From the IMG/VR virus record IMGVR_UViG_3300037309_000017, positions 1 to 31,642 of that record: a DNA stretch of 31,642 bases; one strand, written 5' to 3'. Every line of letters starts with the position of its first letter. Positions within the stretch are counted from its first letter, which is position 1. The notes beneath the pieces are model-generated. The model was not told the origin of the DNA. It made no database searches and saw only the letters and a list, made by a program, of their open reading frames with translations. Positions 14,799 through 24,269 of this stretch are shown piece by piece. The translations under genes were made by a program, and so were the position numbers. Origin of the DNA: a virus (Duplodnaviria > Caudoviricetes).

Positions 14799-16010
14799 CT
14801 AGAACCAGTCCTCGGACGTTTCCGTCTCCGGAGTCGGTGCGAGCATCGGAGCTGGTGACTCGGGGCAAGTGTCTTCCGGGCACGAGCCCCGACCGCTGCA
14901 ACGCCACGCAAAGATTGATTCGATGTTCCACCGTGCGGAGCTCTGGCACGTCTCGCGGAAGTCTATCGGCGAGGACAGAGAGCAGTTGTCACCGCACAGA
15001 CCGCCGCGAGCGAAGTACGTCGCTTTTTCGTAGTTGGTGTCCCATTGCCCGCCCGAGCAGTTGTGGTTGTGATCCCATGTAAAGTTGATGTTGGTTGCGG
15101 GCTGGCCCTCGCACGGGAGGCCGGGATCGACAACGGCGTTGAACGTGTACGTGCCCGAGCAGTCTCCGTCCATCATGCCAGCGGGCACGCCGTCCAGGGC
15201 GCACGACGGCGCGAAGAACAGGGCGTTCGGGCATGGCGTGCTCGGATCCCATGCGGGGTCCGGGTCTGCGTCATCGTTGATGTTGGTCGTGCCGTTGAGT
15301 TGCCAGACGCACGGGTTGGGGCATGTGATTGGTTGACCGACCGCGTAGTCCCATGTCTTGGTGTTTTGGCGACGGCGGTACTGGTAGGCGTACTTGATGG
15401 GGATCGGTTGGCCGGGGTTGGCGGCGGGGTTGAACTGATCCGGGCACCGCTCGACCTCGCAGACAATCGAGATACTGCGCGTCTGCGCGTATGTCATCAC
15501 GAGGCCGCAGTCGGCACAGCACGACGGGGAGCCATTCACCGCCGCGCTCGCGTTGGCCCATCGGTAGTTGGACTCGATGACTTGCCACTGCGTGCGGGAA
15601 TGGTTGTACCCGGAGCAGCACCGAAACTCGGACGCGAACGCCGTGCGGCACTCGCATGGAATCGTCCACTCGACGCAGCAATCGTTGGGGCACGCGGGGC
15701 ATGGCGTGTTGCCGCACGTCACCGGGCAGGTGACATCCACCCTCGCGACGATGGGAAGCCCCGACGTGACCGCCTCCGATCGCGGGACGGTCACGTTCGC
15801 GTCGATGTTGTAGCAGTTGTCCCCGTACTTGAACGTCCCGTATTGACCCGACAGGCACGACGCCACGTCGAGCTCCGCGTAGATGAACACCGCAGGATTG
15901 CAACAATCGGTAGCCTTGTACACCGCGTCGTCGCAGCAGGGCGTGCATGGCGGCACGGCCAGCGCCCCGGATCGCCGCGTAAGGCCCGCGTTGGACTTGA
16001 GCAGGGGCAT
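14799..16010 (-). CDS. Cysteine-rich tail-region protein (403 aa)
   Basis: TGATG coupling with the upstream gene at 16010. About 35 Cys by hand count, including 5 CC pairs. Confidence 0.75.
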   Translation of the reverse strand: MPLLKSNAGLTRRSGALAVPPCTPCCDDAVYKATDCCNPAVFIYAELDVASCLSGQYGTFKYGDNCYNIDANVTVPRSEAVTSGLPIVARVDVTCPVTCGNTPCPACPNDCCVEWTIPCECRTAFASEFRCCSGYNHSRTQWQVIESNYRWANASAAVNGSPSCCADCGLVMTYAQTRSISIVCEVERCPDQFNPAANPGQPIPIKYAYQYRRRQNTKTWDYAVGQPITCPNPCVWQLNGTTNINDDADPDPAWDPSTPCPNALFFAPSCALDGVPAGMMDGDCSGTYTFNAVVDPGLPCEGQPATNINFTWDHNHNCSGGQWDTNYEKATYFARGGLCGDNCSLSSPIDFRETCQSSARWNIESIFAWRCSGRGSCPEDTCPESPAPMLAPTPETETSEDWF

Positions 16011-16405
16011 CAGGCGCAGGTCGTGAGTGAGGGCAACTCGTTCGGGTCCCACAGTTGCAACGTGCCGGTCTCGTCAACGTATGCGCACCCGATGCTGTCG
16101 TTGGGCGGCGCGACGTACTGCACGGTTGCAAACCGGCGACGCTTGGGCGCGAGCGCCGACGTGTTGAGCTGGACACCCGCGAGCGAGTACACGTCGTACG
16201 TGAACGTGCAGTCCGTCGAGCCCGATCCCGCAGACCCGCCCACCTGCCGCACCTTGCACGCGAACATCACGTTCGGACGGAGGGTGCGGAGCAGCTCGCG
16301 TGCGTCGGCGGGGACGCGCTCGGGCGACTGGATGACGCGGCGGACGGCATCGCGGATCTTGCGAGCGCCTTCTAGCGTGGTCGTGATGGGGTAGGACTGC
16401 GGCAT
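16010..16405 (-). CDS. Hypothetical tail-tip region protein (131 aa)
   Basis: Tightly packed between its neighbours, with normal composition. Confidence 0.7.
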   Translation of the reverse strand: MPQSYPITTTLEGARKIRDAVRRVIQSPERVPADARELLRTLRPNVMFACKVRQVGGSAGSGSTDCTFTYDVYSLAGVQLNTSALAPKRRRFATVQYVAPPNDSIGCAYVDETGTLQLWDPNELPSLTTCA

Positions 16406-16408
16406 GGA

Positions 16409-17341
16409 TCACGTGAACGCGAACGCGGCGAACGAAAGTTTCGGATGGGTCTGGAACGTAATGCTCGCTGGCGTCGCGTCGGGCGTCGATGCCTTGGCTC
16501 CCGCGCCGTCGAGCGGCCAAGGTTCGTCGATGAGCTCGCCTTGGTTGTTCGTGATGCGCTTGAGCGAGCCGCCCGACAACTCGTAGAACCCGTACGAGCC
16601 GAACGCTTTGGCGAACGTGTCGGGGTCAAACTCGAACTGGTAGGTGGTGCGGTAGTACGTCGTGCCACCCTCCGTGAGTTTCTGGCAGGTCGGAATGGTG
16701 AGCAACGCGGCATTCGCAGGAATCGCTACGCCGTCGATGGTGAACGTGCCGAGGTTGACGCTCGGCGGCCTCATGTTGTTCACGATGTACGACAGCACGT
16801 TCGCCGCCATCGACGCCCCATCGTTGCGGGTGTACGTCAGCGTGGGAATCGCCCAGGGCACTTCGAGCGGCGTGCCGAAGAGCGTCCCCGCCGTGTTGCG
16901 GATCTTCTTCGGCGTCGGCGTGGTGTAGTCCTGGTCGATCACTTGCGTCTCGAAGCGTGCGCCCCACACAATCTCCGGCGGCCTCGCGGTCGGGTTCGTG
17001 TCGCTCGGGCTGGTGCCGCCGCTGGTGTCGAGCGTGCGGTACGTGTGCGTGACCGTCCAGTGCGTGAGGTTGGACTTCGCGAACGGCTCCACGTCGCTCT
17101 GGTCCAAAAAGTACGTCGTGAAAGTCGGATGGGCCGAGTTGAGCCCCGGGAATGCGGACCAAGAGCCTCCGGTCCACGATCCGCCGGTGTCGGTGACGAT
17201 CTGCGTGATGGCCGCCGCCTCGTCGGTCGGTGCGCTGGGCGCTCCAAGGATGTACAGGAATCGCTCGACGTACTCCCGCTGGCGCGTGGTCGCGTTCAGT
17301 CGTGTAGTCGATTGGAGTCTCGACGCCCGAATCACCGACAT
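16409..17341 (-). CDS. Putative distal tail/tail-tip protein (310 aa)
   Basis: Directly follows the tape measure gene and is Thr/aromatic, beta-rich. The start is probably MSVIRAS at 17341, although the ORF stays open to 17488. Confidence 0.65.
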   Translation of the reverse strand: MSVIRASRLQSTTRLNATTRQREYVERFLYILGAPSAPTDEAAAITQIVTDTGGSWTGGSWSAFPGLNSAHPTFTTYFLDQSDVEPFAKSNLTHWTVTHTYRTLDTSGGTSPSDTNPTARPPEIVWGARFETQVIDQDYTTPTPKKIRNTAGTLFGTPLEVPWAIPTLTYTRNDGASMAANVLSYIVNNMRPPSVNLGTFTIDGVAIPANAALLTIPTCQKLTEGGTTYYRTTYQFEFDPDTFAKAFGSYGFYELSGGSLKRITNNQGELIDEPWPLDGAGAKASTPDATPASITFQTHPKLSFAAFAFT

Positions 17342-17487
17342 CCGTACCCCGACCGCTAGGTGCGTGCGCTGCCGAGGAAGGCTACGGACGCGGGCTACTG
17401 GTCCGAAGAGTCTATGCCCGGGCGGATTGGCCCGGCCAACGCCACGGGTAGCCCGTGCTTGCAGCGGCGAGGGCTGGGGCGCACCCA

Positions 17488-18858
17488 TCAGAACGTCAGC
17501 AGTACCCCGTTGATGCGCACCCCATCCCGGCGAATCTGCTCCAGCAGACGCCGGGACTCCTCCTCGACGACGGTCTGGCGGCGCAACTCCTCCAACTGCG
17601 CGTCCGCTGCCCGGGTGAACTGAGACTCCCGAGCGACCGCAGCCGCCCGCGACGCCTCGCCCGACCCTGCAAGCAGCATGTCGGGGCGTCCCGCCTCTGT
17701 GGCCATGCGGCCCGCCATCGCTCGCTCCACGCGGCTTGCGAGCTCGTCGTCCCAGTAGGCATCAAAGTCTTCCTGCATCCGACGCTGGCGTTCGGAGAAC
17801 TGCTTGGACGCATCCTCCAAATCCAGCTCTCGCTTGATGCGTTCGGCGACGGCTGAGTTTGCCTTCTCGGTGCTTTCCCTCATCTTCACCTCGCGCTCGA
17901 CACGATCGGCTTGCATAGCCCTGACGCGATCGTTCGCCTCTTCAATCCTCGCCAAGATGTCGTTGGCTTTCGCGTAAGAGTCGGCCATAAACCCTGCGAA
18001 GTTGTAGACTCGCCCAAGGACGGTGTATTCTTTGCTCGCCCTGGCTCCGGCCCGGAACACGTCGCCTAGCGGCACCCTCTGAAGCGCGATCATTGCTTCG
18101 GTGATCCCTTGGAGGGCCGTCCTCACTGGTGGGGTGATGGACGAGGCAAAGGTATCCGCGAACGACTGCCACACCATCTGCAATCGCTTCACCGCGTCAT
18201 CGGTCTTCTGGATCGCCTCGACCTGACGCTCAGATAGCCCGATGCCGTCCTGCGCGGCCTTCGCGATCATCGCGTCGATGCCCGCCGACCCGCCCGCAAG
18301 CAGGTTGGCGATGCCGCGACCGCCCCTGCCGAAGATGCCATTGACCGCCGAGAGCCGCTCGCCCGCTGTGCCCAGCCTCGACACCGCGTCCGCGATCCGG
18401 CGAAGTTGCTCTACGGGATCGAGACGCGCGAGGGTTTTCGCGTCCAGTCCGAGCTTGCCCAGCACACCGCCATCCTCAGACGCCGCATCTTCTGCGATCG
18501 TCTGCGACATGCGATGAAGTAACGAGTCCAGCTTCTCCGCGCTAAGCCCGGCCTGCACCGCCGCGTATTGCAGCCGTTGGAGCCGGTCCGTCGCCACGCC
18601 GAGCCGCGACGCCGCGTCCGCGATCTGATCGACTCGGGCGATGGAATCCACCACCGTTTGTACCGCAAGGTGTGCTGCGGAAACGGCGGCCACCACCCCA
18701 CCGCCCGCAAGGAAAAAACTCGACATGCGGCTTAGAGACGCGGACACCGCCGCGCCCCATCGGGACGCTTTCGCCTCCATGCGATTCAGCGTGGACGAAA
18801 AGCCCTCGTCCTTGGCCGTGAAGACTGCCGAGACTGGTGCGAGCCGCTTGGCCATCAT
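17488..18858 (-). CDS. Tail tape measure protein (456 aa)
   Basis: Ala-rich and helical. IADAASRLGVATDRLQRLQYAA and AVNGIFGRGG are TMP-like motifs. Follows the tail chaperones. Confidence 0.85.
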   Translation of the reverse strand: MMAKRLAPVSAVFTAKDEGFSSTLNRMEAKASRWGAAVSASLSRMSSFFLAGGGVVAAVSAAHLAVQTVVDSIARVDQIADAASRLGVATDRLQRLQYAAVQAGLSAEKLDSLLHRMSQTIAEDAASEDGGVLGKLGLDAKTLARLDPVEQLRRIADAVSRLGTAGERLSAVNGIFGRGGRGIANLLAGGSAGIDAMIAKAAQDGIGLSERQVEAIQKTDDAVKRLQMVWQSFADTFASSITPPVRTALQGITEAMIALQRVPLGDVFRAGARASKEYTVLGRVYNFAGFMADSYAKANDILARIEEANDRVRAMQADRVEREVKMRESTEKANSAVAERIKRELDLEDASKQFSERQRRMQEDFDAYWDDELASRVERAMAGRMATEAGRPDMLLAGSGEASRAAAVARESQFTRAADAQLEELRRQTVVEEESRRLLEQIRRDGVRINGVLLTF

Positions 18859-19169
18859 GCCCCCTTGGGTCGTGCGCCGCTCATGGCCTCGATCCACGCT
18901 GCGAGCCGAGCGCGTTCGATCTCGGCATCGGACACGAACGGGTCACGAGGCGGGCACGGGTCCGCGTCCTTTGGGCTCAGTGTCACGCCCCCGGAAGCCG
19001 CCGTCGCGAGCACGCCCAACTGTGTTCGGGAGTCCGCTCGCCTGCAACCGAGCGGCCCGTACACGTACTCGTATCCAGCCCACAGCCCAACGTCACGCAA
19101 CGCATGCTCTAACCCCATCCCGCAGTGCTCGGCCACCCGCATCGCACGAAGCAACGTGGGGGCCATCAT
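18855..19169 (-). CDS. Tail assembly chaperone, frameshifted part (lambda gpT-like)
   Basis: Lies in the -1 frame of the upstream chaperone. GPLGCRRADSR resembles the P.G..R.D motif of gpT-like proteins. Confidence 0.7.
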   Translation of the reverse strand: MMAPTLLRAMRVAEHCGMGLEHALRDVGLWAGYEYVYGPLGCRRADSRTQLGVLATAASGGVTLSPKDADPCPPRDPFVSDAEIERARLAAWIEAMSGARPKGA

Positions 19170-19510
19170 CAGTTTTTTGCGACCTCGCGCTCCGTGCTCT
19201 CACGCTCGGCAACCACGATGTCCAGCAGCGTTTCGAGCGTCTGGAACGGGAGCATGCTGAGCAGCGCCTTCGCGTGCTCGGCGTCCGGTGGTCCGTAGCG
19301 GTTGCCCGCGTCGTCGCACAGCCACGTCAGCAGCACCATCGCCGTCCGCAATGCGCCTCGCTCGGTGTTGTCGGGCAGGGCAGCCGCCGCCATCTCTGCG
19401 GCGAGCGCGTCCTGCGCGCTCGCGGGCCGGATGTGAAGCGTCACCGTGCCAACGGCGACGCTTCGGACGACGGACAACGGGGCCAAGATCGCTTGCAAGC
19501 CTTCCAGCAT
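19169..19510 (-). CDS. Tail assembly chaperone (lambda gpG-like, 113 aa)
   Basis: GGAGG RBS before the ATG at 19510. Contains LCDDAGNR and ends EVAKN at the slippery site. Confidence 0.8.
   Translation of the reverse strand: MLEGLQAILAPLSVVRSVAVGTVTLHIRPASAQDALAAEMAAAALPDNTERGALRTAMVLLTWLCDDAGNRYGPPDAEHAKALLSMLPFQTLETLLDIVVAERESTEREVAKN
19172..19178 (-). promoter_or_regulatory. -1 programmed ribosomal frameshift slippery site A AAA AAC
   Basis: GCA AAA AAC TGA ends the chaperone. The -1 frame continues AAA CTG ATG ATG GCC into 18855-19169. Confidence 0.8.
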
Positions 19511-19521
19511 CTGTCCTCCAA

Positions 19522-20049
19522 TCACTTGCCAACACGCCCGGCGGCCTTGTTCCGAGCCGCCACCATCTCCCGGTACATCGCCCTTGCAATCTCTTCCTTC
19601 ACAATCTGCGGCACCGCTGCCGCAGTGAGATGCGCGGCCCGCGTCAGGTATCGCGAGCCGCGACTGTGGACCGTGCCAAACTCCACAAGGTGATTGTACC
19701 TCCACGGCTCAAAGAACCACGGCGTGCCCTCGTTTTCGCCTCGCGACTTGATGCCCGCAGGCACGCGATACGCCTTGTCGGGTCCGATGACCGCAAACGC
19801 CTTCAACCCGTCCTTGCCCTTGTTGTAGACGCCGACCTTGTATGCAAGCGCTTTCTTCAGGTTGCCGTGACGGACGGGCACGCGGGCCCGGGCTTGCTTC
19901 CTGCACATCCGCCCGGCCCGGGTGAGGACGCGGCGCACTGCGGCGTTCCTTCCACGCTTGCGGATGCCCGCGAGTTGCTGCCGCATGTCCTCCAGCCCCA
20001 CGAGCCGGACGGATCGCACGGTTCTGCGCTGGCTTGGCCGACTTGCCAT
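19522..20049 (-). CDS. HK97 gp10-like tail completion protein
   Basis: Basic protein with VGLEDMRQQL, ARVPVRHGNLKKAL and YNHLVEFGT...RYLTRA. Confidence 0.85.
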   Translation of the reverse strand: MASRPSQRRTVRSVRLVGLEDMRQQLAGIRKRGRNAAVRRVLTRAGRMCRKQARARVPVRHGNLKKALAYKVGVYNKGKDGLKAFAVIGPDKAYRVPAGIKSRGENEGTPWFFEPWRYNHLVEFGTVHSRGSRYLTRAAHLTAAAVPQIVKEEIARAMYREMVAARNKAAGRVGK

Positions 20050-20060
20050 GATGCACGCTC

Positions 20061-20507
20061 TCAGGTCAGGTTGGACCAGGTGAGCGGGCCGCTCACTTGG
20101 ATGGTCGCGTTGGCCATCACGGTGCCGCGCAGGTCCATCTCCTGAATGACATTCGACGTGATCGGGCCGCTGAACGCTACCTTCGTGAAGTTTGGACCGG
20201 TGCCAAACTGCGTGAACTCAATCTCCCAGTCCACGTTGGCATTGTTCATCAGGTCTTCCATCGTCTTGAAGCTGCTCGCGCCGCTCGATGGCCTGTTGAC
20301 CTTGTACTGGAACGACACCTCGCCAGCACTGGCGATCGTCGCGATGTACTCGTCGTACCCGCCCGGGCTGTCCGCGCAGATGTACCGCTCGCCCTCTCGC
20401 GTGTGCTGCGGCGGACTCAGGCTCGTGACACGCGCCGTTTCCACGAACGCGCCCGCGCCTTCCACCTTGTGGTACAACTTGACGCCATACTGCTTTGCCG
20501 CTGACAT
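20061..20507 (-). CDS. Major tail tube protein (148 aa)
   Basis: GAGGAG RBS. VTSLSPP...DSPGGYDEYIATIASAGEVSF...ATIQVSG matches the siphophage tail tube pattern. Confidence 0.8.
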   Translation of the reverse strand: MSAAKQYGVKLYHKVEGAGAFVETARVTSLSPPQHTREGERYICADSPGGYDEYIATIASAGEVSFQYKVNRPSSGASSFKTMEDLMNNANVDWEIEFTQFGTGPNFTKVAFSGPITSNVIQEMDLRGTVMANATIQVSGPLTWSNLT

Positions 20508-20517
20508 GGTGTGCTCC

Positions 20518-20916
20518 TCACTCAATCGCCCCAAACGTGAGAATCGTTCGGATCAGGTTGCGATCCGCCGCGCTGTCGTCCTTCGATCCAACCTCGGTGC
20601 GGTCTTCCAGCGTGTACAATTGCACAGTGTCGGTGCTCCCGAGCTCGATACGGTTGCCGACGGCATCCGCAAGGTCGGACCCACCCTGGGCCACGTCGTG
20701 GACCACCGATACCTCGATCGAGTGCAACCGTTCGCACACGCCATCCGTGGCGATCGTGTTGGTTTGCGCAATGTTTGCAATCACGATGTAGGGCCGGGCC
20801 GCCGTCTGCGGTGCGTTGTTCCAGTACACGCGAGCGTCCGAGCCCGATCCGACCGCCGCCGCGATGGCGGCATCGCCCAGCAGAAAGGCCCGCAACTCCG
20901 AGGCTGGGTTGGGCAT
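20518..20916 (-). CDS. Tail terminator (DUF3168-like)
   Basis: LRAFLLGDAAIAAAVG...RVYWNNAPQTAARPYIV. Coupled to the head-closure gene stop. Confidence 0.75.
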   Translation of the reverse strand: MPNPASELRAFLLGDAAIAAAVGSGSDARVYWNNAPQTAARPYIVIANIAQTNTIATDGVCERLHSIEVSVVHDVAQGGSDLADAVGNRIELGSTDTVQLYTLEDRTEVGSKDDSAADRNLIRTILTFGAIE

Positions 20917-21263
20917 CACGGCACCCCCGGCTGATCGTCCGACCGCACGCATTTTGCGATCGTGAAGAAGTGGCGATGTGTGTCCTGGTCCACGGTGGCG
21001 ATGTTCCACGCGACGCCGCGATGTATGATACGGTCGGTCGCGAGCAGGTCGGCGAACCATCGCATCGCGATCGTGGCATGACGCCTTTCGACTGCGCCGT
21101 CTGCCTGCTCTTCCTCGCCGCCGCCGCTCCGCTGGATGACGCCCTGCTCGACATGCGCCCATCGCGTCGCGGGGCTCCCGTGATCCGCCCACGTCTGCGT
21201 CACGCTGCCCGTAGATGACACCATGACGGCGCGGCGTTGCACCCGCACTCGCTCGGTCAACAT
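20916..21263 (-). CDS. Head closure protein (SPP1 gp16-like)
   Basis: LTERVRVQR...TWAD...RWAHVE...IAMRW...DRIIHRGVAWNI. Confidence 0.85.
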   Translation of the reverse strand: MLTERVRVQRRAVMVSSTGSVTQTWADHGSPATRWAHVEQGVIQRSGGGEEEQADGAVERRHATIAMRWFADLLATDRIIHRGVAWNIATVDQDTHRHFFTIAKCVRSDDQPGVP

Positions 21264-21461
21264 TCCAGCATGGGGCGTTGCGTCCGGGATTGCGCGGCTC
21301 CGTGTTCTCTCGCAGTGCGTGCCGCGAATTGGCGAGGGCGCGGCGGCGTGTCCTCGGGTGCCTGGATCTCGCCTGCCGGTGGTGTGAGTCCGCCCAGGCG
21401 TTCAGGCCACCACCACGCCGCCGCCGCCCGCCGGAACACGCGGGACCGCCCCGCGTGTTGA

Positions 21462-21878
21462 TCAAGCCGTGCCGTTTACCGGGTTGCTCACGGCGGTGAA
21501 CGTAATGCCGCCGGTCGCGGGCTTGCTGTTCACGTCGTGGACCAAGTAGAACAGATCGCCGGTGGCGGTCGATGCGCCCCGAACGATCACCGCGCGGTAG
21601 TACCGCTTGGTCAAGTTGTGAGCGCAGATGCCGATCCCCGCGCCGTTGCTCGACGACACGACCTTCGAGCTGAACACGTCCGCCGCGTCTGACTGGTTGG
21701 TTGCGTCGGCATGCTGCCACTTGATGAAATTGGCCGCGTTCGCCGTGGTAATCGTCGCGACGGCGGCGATGCCAGCGCCCTGGGGCTCAATCCACGCCCC
21801 ATTCACGTCCGACGTTCCAGCGGTCGCCCCAGCCGCGCCCAAAATCACCTTGTTCTCTTCGTTGAACCGCAAGTTCAT
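21462..21878 (-). CDS. Putative head decoration/cement protein (138 aa)
   Basis: AAGGAG RBS. Ala/Gly/Thr-rich, with AGTSDVNGAWIE, KWQHAD and KRYYRAVI. Located in the head module. Confidence 0.6.
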   Translation of the reverse strand: MNLRFNEENKVILGAAGATAGTSDVNGAWIEPQGAGIAAVATITTANAANFIKWQHADATNQSDAADVFSSKVVSSSNGAGIGICAHNLTKRYYRAVIVRGASTATGDLFYLVHDVNSKPATGGITFTAVSNPVNGTA

Positions 21879-21892
21879 TGCACGCTCCTTTG

Positions 21893-22543
21893 TTACGCGA
21901 CGGCAACACTGCCATCGGTCATCTGCATCAACGTCTCACGGACCTGGGCCGCGACCGGGCCCTCGAAGGCTATGTCCATCTGTCCGGGCTCGCGGTTGCG
22001 ATACGCCATCGCCACGAGCGACAGGATCGCCGACTTGATCCTCGGGCTCGTCGCGGCGGGAGCGAGGCCCGCCGTGTACTCGCACGTGACACTCCCCACG
22101 AATCCCGCCGTCTCTGGCCACTGGTCGGTATTGGGCGAGGACAACGCCATGTAGCTCGGGCCGTACTCCCAGTCTTGCCGAACCACGTACCGCTGCGGGG
22201 CAAGCGTCAGCGTGCTCTCGCTGGGGTCCTTGTACGTGACGGTCAGCGAGGACGCCGGGCCCATCGGAAGCATCAGGCCGACGCGAGACATGCCCGGGAA
22301 TCGGTCGAACAGCACGCGCCGTGTGGTTTGCGCCAGACTACGGTTGATGATGTGCTCGCACCACTCGCGGGCCGAAGCGATGGCGATGGCGAACCACGAA
22401 TCCTCGTCTGCCGTGTCCACCCTGACGTGGGCCTTCGCCTCGGCCAACGTGACTGGCTCCAACGGGGCGCCGCCGACGCCGCCAACATAGCCGGTGCGGG
22501 CGTCCGAGTAGGGCTGTACGGAGATGTTGCACCAGCTGGCCAT
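21893..22543 (-). CDS. Head-tail adaptor (HK97 gp6-like)
   Basis: EPVTLAEAKAHVRVD...AREWCE...YTAG...IKSAILSLVAMAYRNRE. Confidence 0.9.
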   Translation of the reverse strand: MASWCNISVQPYSDARTGYVGGVGGAPLEPVTLAEAKAHVRVDTADEDSWFAIAIASAREWCEHIINRSLAQTTRRVLFDRFPGMSRVGLMLPMGPASSLTVTYKDPSESTLTLAPQRYVVRQDWEYGPSYMALSSPNTDQWPETAGFVGSVTCEYTAGLAPAATSPRIKSAILSLVAMAYRNREPGQMDIAFEGPVAAQVRETLMQMTDGSVAVA

Positions 22544-22544
22544 G

Positions 22545-22712
22545 TTACTTGGTCTTCTCGTCGGCGACTTCCGTGGCAATCTTCGCGCTCACCAAGCCGC
22601 GCGCGATCTCGTCTGGGATCACGCGCACGTCGCCGGGCTGGCACATCACCGTGCGCCGCTCGTTGCCTTCGCCCGCGCCATACGCCACGCTCTGGAGGAT
22701 TTTCACCTTCAT
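22545..22712 (-). CDS. Small capsid-adjacent protein (55 aa)
   Basis: Not in the ORF track. AGGGAG RBS. MKVKILQSVAYGAGEGNERRTVMCQPGDVRVIPDEIARGLVSAKIATEVADEKTK fits the small G...v....a..lv..g.a proteins often found after capsid genes. Confidence 0.7.
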   Translation of the reverse strand: MKVKILQSVAYGAGEGNERRTVMCQPGDVRVIPDEIARGLVSAKIATEVADEKTK

Positions 22713-22755
22713 GTCTGTACTCCCTGAGTGCTCGTCTCACACCGCCACGAACAAT

Positions 22756-22787
22756 GGAGGGCCTCGCGTTGCCACACGAGGCCCGCC
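22756..22787 (-). terminator. GC-rich hairpin downstream of the capsid gene (terminator or stabiliser)
   Basis: Minus strand GGGCCTCGTG-TGGCAA-CGCGAGGCCC followed by a weak tail (TCCATTGTT). Confidence 0.45.
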
Positions 22788-22832
22788 AACACTTCCGATC
22801 GGCGTCCTTGCCTGATCTGGCTCGCGGCCTGC

Positions 22833-24269
22833 TTACGTGATGCGCAGGCCCTTGATCGGCTGCGTAGTCGCGCTCGCCGCCGGGTTGATGTACGCGCCGC
22901 CGTAGCGGGCTAAGCCGTAGAAGTTGACTTGGCCCGAGCCCATCGCGATGTAGTCGTTGCGAAGCAGAATCAGGCCCATCGTCTCGCGGAAGTAGTACGC
23001 GGAGATGTCGCCATACAACAGACGGGTCTGATTGCTGGCGATTGCCACCCGAGTCATGTTGGTCAAGGTGACGTACCGCTTGCCGTAGATTGTGGGCTGG
23101 TCGCTGTTGCGGTTGTCCACGAACAGGCTGCGATTGCTGTTCGTTTCGTCCACGAACGCCATGATCTCTCGCTTCACCTGGTCCGAACCCATGAAGGCGG
23201 AGCGCGGGTTGTCGCGGATCACGGGGTCCACCGAGAACAACAGGGGCAGGATGTCGCCGACCGCGAAGGCGTTGTTCGTGGCGCTGTTCTGGTAGGCGTT
23301 CGCCCCGATGGTGTCGATGGCTGTCAGCAGGCCCTCGGGGGCGCTGGTGCCGTTGCCCGTCACAAAATCCTCTGCCAGAGCCCGGAGCATGCGCCCCGAA
23401 GCGAGGCTGGAAATCCACTCCGGGATGTTGATGTAGGCGTCCTGCAACATCTCGAACGTCGCCCGCATCTCGCCCGTCGTGTACTTGTACGTGCGGATTT
23501 CCTTTGTCGCAAACGCACTGGTGGCGCTCGGGGCAGCCGCGGCCTCGCCTTGAATCGTGGAGCGTGCGCCCGTGTCGTCATTCAGGGGCACGGCCAGCGG
23601 AGCGCCGGTCGCGGTGCGAACCACCGTGCAGCCAGCCTCGATCGGTCCCAGCGCCTGACGCTCGGCCCCGATCACCGACTCCATGATGAGCGGGGACACG
23701 AGGATGCCACCGGCAGAGCCGGGTGAAGTCAGGAAGTTTCGGTACTCGTCCACATCGCCCTGGCGAGCAATGTTGGTTGTGGTCGGGAGGCCCGTGCGGG
23801 TGATGAACCCGTCCAGACCAGCCCGCGCAACGCCATCCATGCCAGCGGCGCACCAGATTTCAAACGCCGCCATGTGGTGGCGACGCAGGTACTCGTATCG
23901 CTGCTCTGGGATGGGGTTCGCGAACTTGCCCCGGGTGTTCTTGGCCCGCACGAACGCCCGAAGCTCGGCCTGAGTAGCCGGGCCCTCGGCGTTCGGGTCG
24001 AACTGCATGCCCATCCGTTCCTGCCGGTTGGGATCGCTGATCGTCCGGCGGATGTCGGGGGCCGGGGCCTGCGGCATCGCCGCATGCTCCGAAAGCCGTC
24101 GCTCGGTCGCGGATCGCTCCTCGATCTGGCGAGTGATCGCGTCTGCCTTGTCGAGACACTCGACGACTCGCTTACGCTCCTCGGCGGTGGCGTCCGGCTT
24201 CTCGTTGAGCGTGTTGGCCTCACTGAGCAACCTGGCCTTTTCGGCCATCAGGTCTGCGATACGGGTCAC
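22833..24269 (-). CDS. Major capsid protein, HK97 fold (478 aa)
   Basis: AAGGAG RBS before the GTG at 24269. N-terminal coiled-coil delta domain, AGGILVSP, FEMLQDA, FVTGNGTSAPEGLL, IYGKRY, YGDIS. Confidence 0.95.
   Translation of the reverse strand: MTRIADLMAEKARLLSEANTLNEKPDATAEERKRVVECLDKADAITRQIEERSATERRLSEHAAMPQAPAPDIRRTISDPNRQERMGMQFDPNAEGPATQAELRAFVRAKNTRGKFANPIPEQRYEYLRRHHMAAFEIWCAAGMDGVARAGLDGFITRTGLPTTTNIARQGDVDEYRNFLTSPGSAGGILVSPLIMESVIGAERQALGPIEAGCTVVRTATGAPLAVPLNDDTGARSTIQGEAAAAPSATSAFATKEIRTYKYTTGEMRATFEMLQDAYINIPEWISSLASGRMLRALAEDFVTGNGTSAPEGLLTAIDTIGANAYQNSATNNAFAVGDILPLLFSVDPVIRDNPRSAFMGSDQVKREIMAFVDETNSNRSLFVDNRNSDQPTIYGKRYVTLTNMTRVAIASNQTRLLYGDISAYYFRETMGLILLRNDYIAMGSGQVNFYGLARYGGAYINPAASATTQPIKGLRIT

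Noticed and set aside
17395-17410. Hammerhead or guanidine-I riboswitch-like words (CTGGTCCGAAGAG)
   Set aside because: The other required core elements (GAAA, or GGGTTCCG and AAAAGCCCGG) are missing, so no family was assigned.
21257-21439. 60-aa ORF between the decoration and head-closure genes
   Set aside because: Low-complexity sequence with a weak start context, so it is not supportable as a gene.
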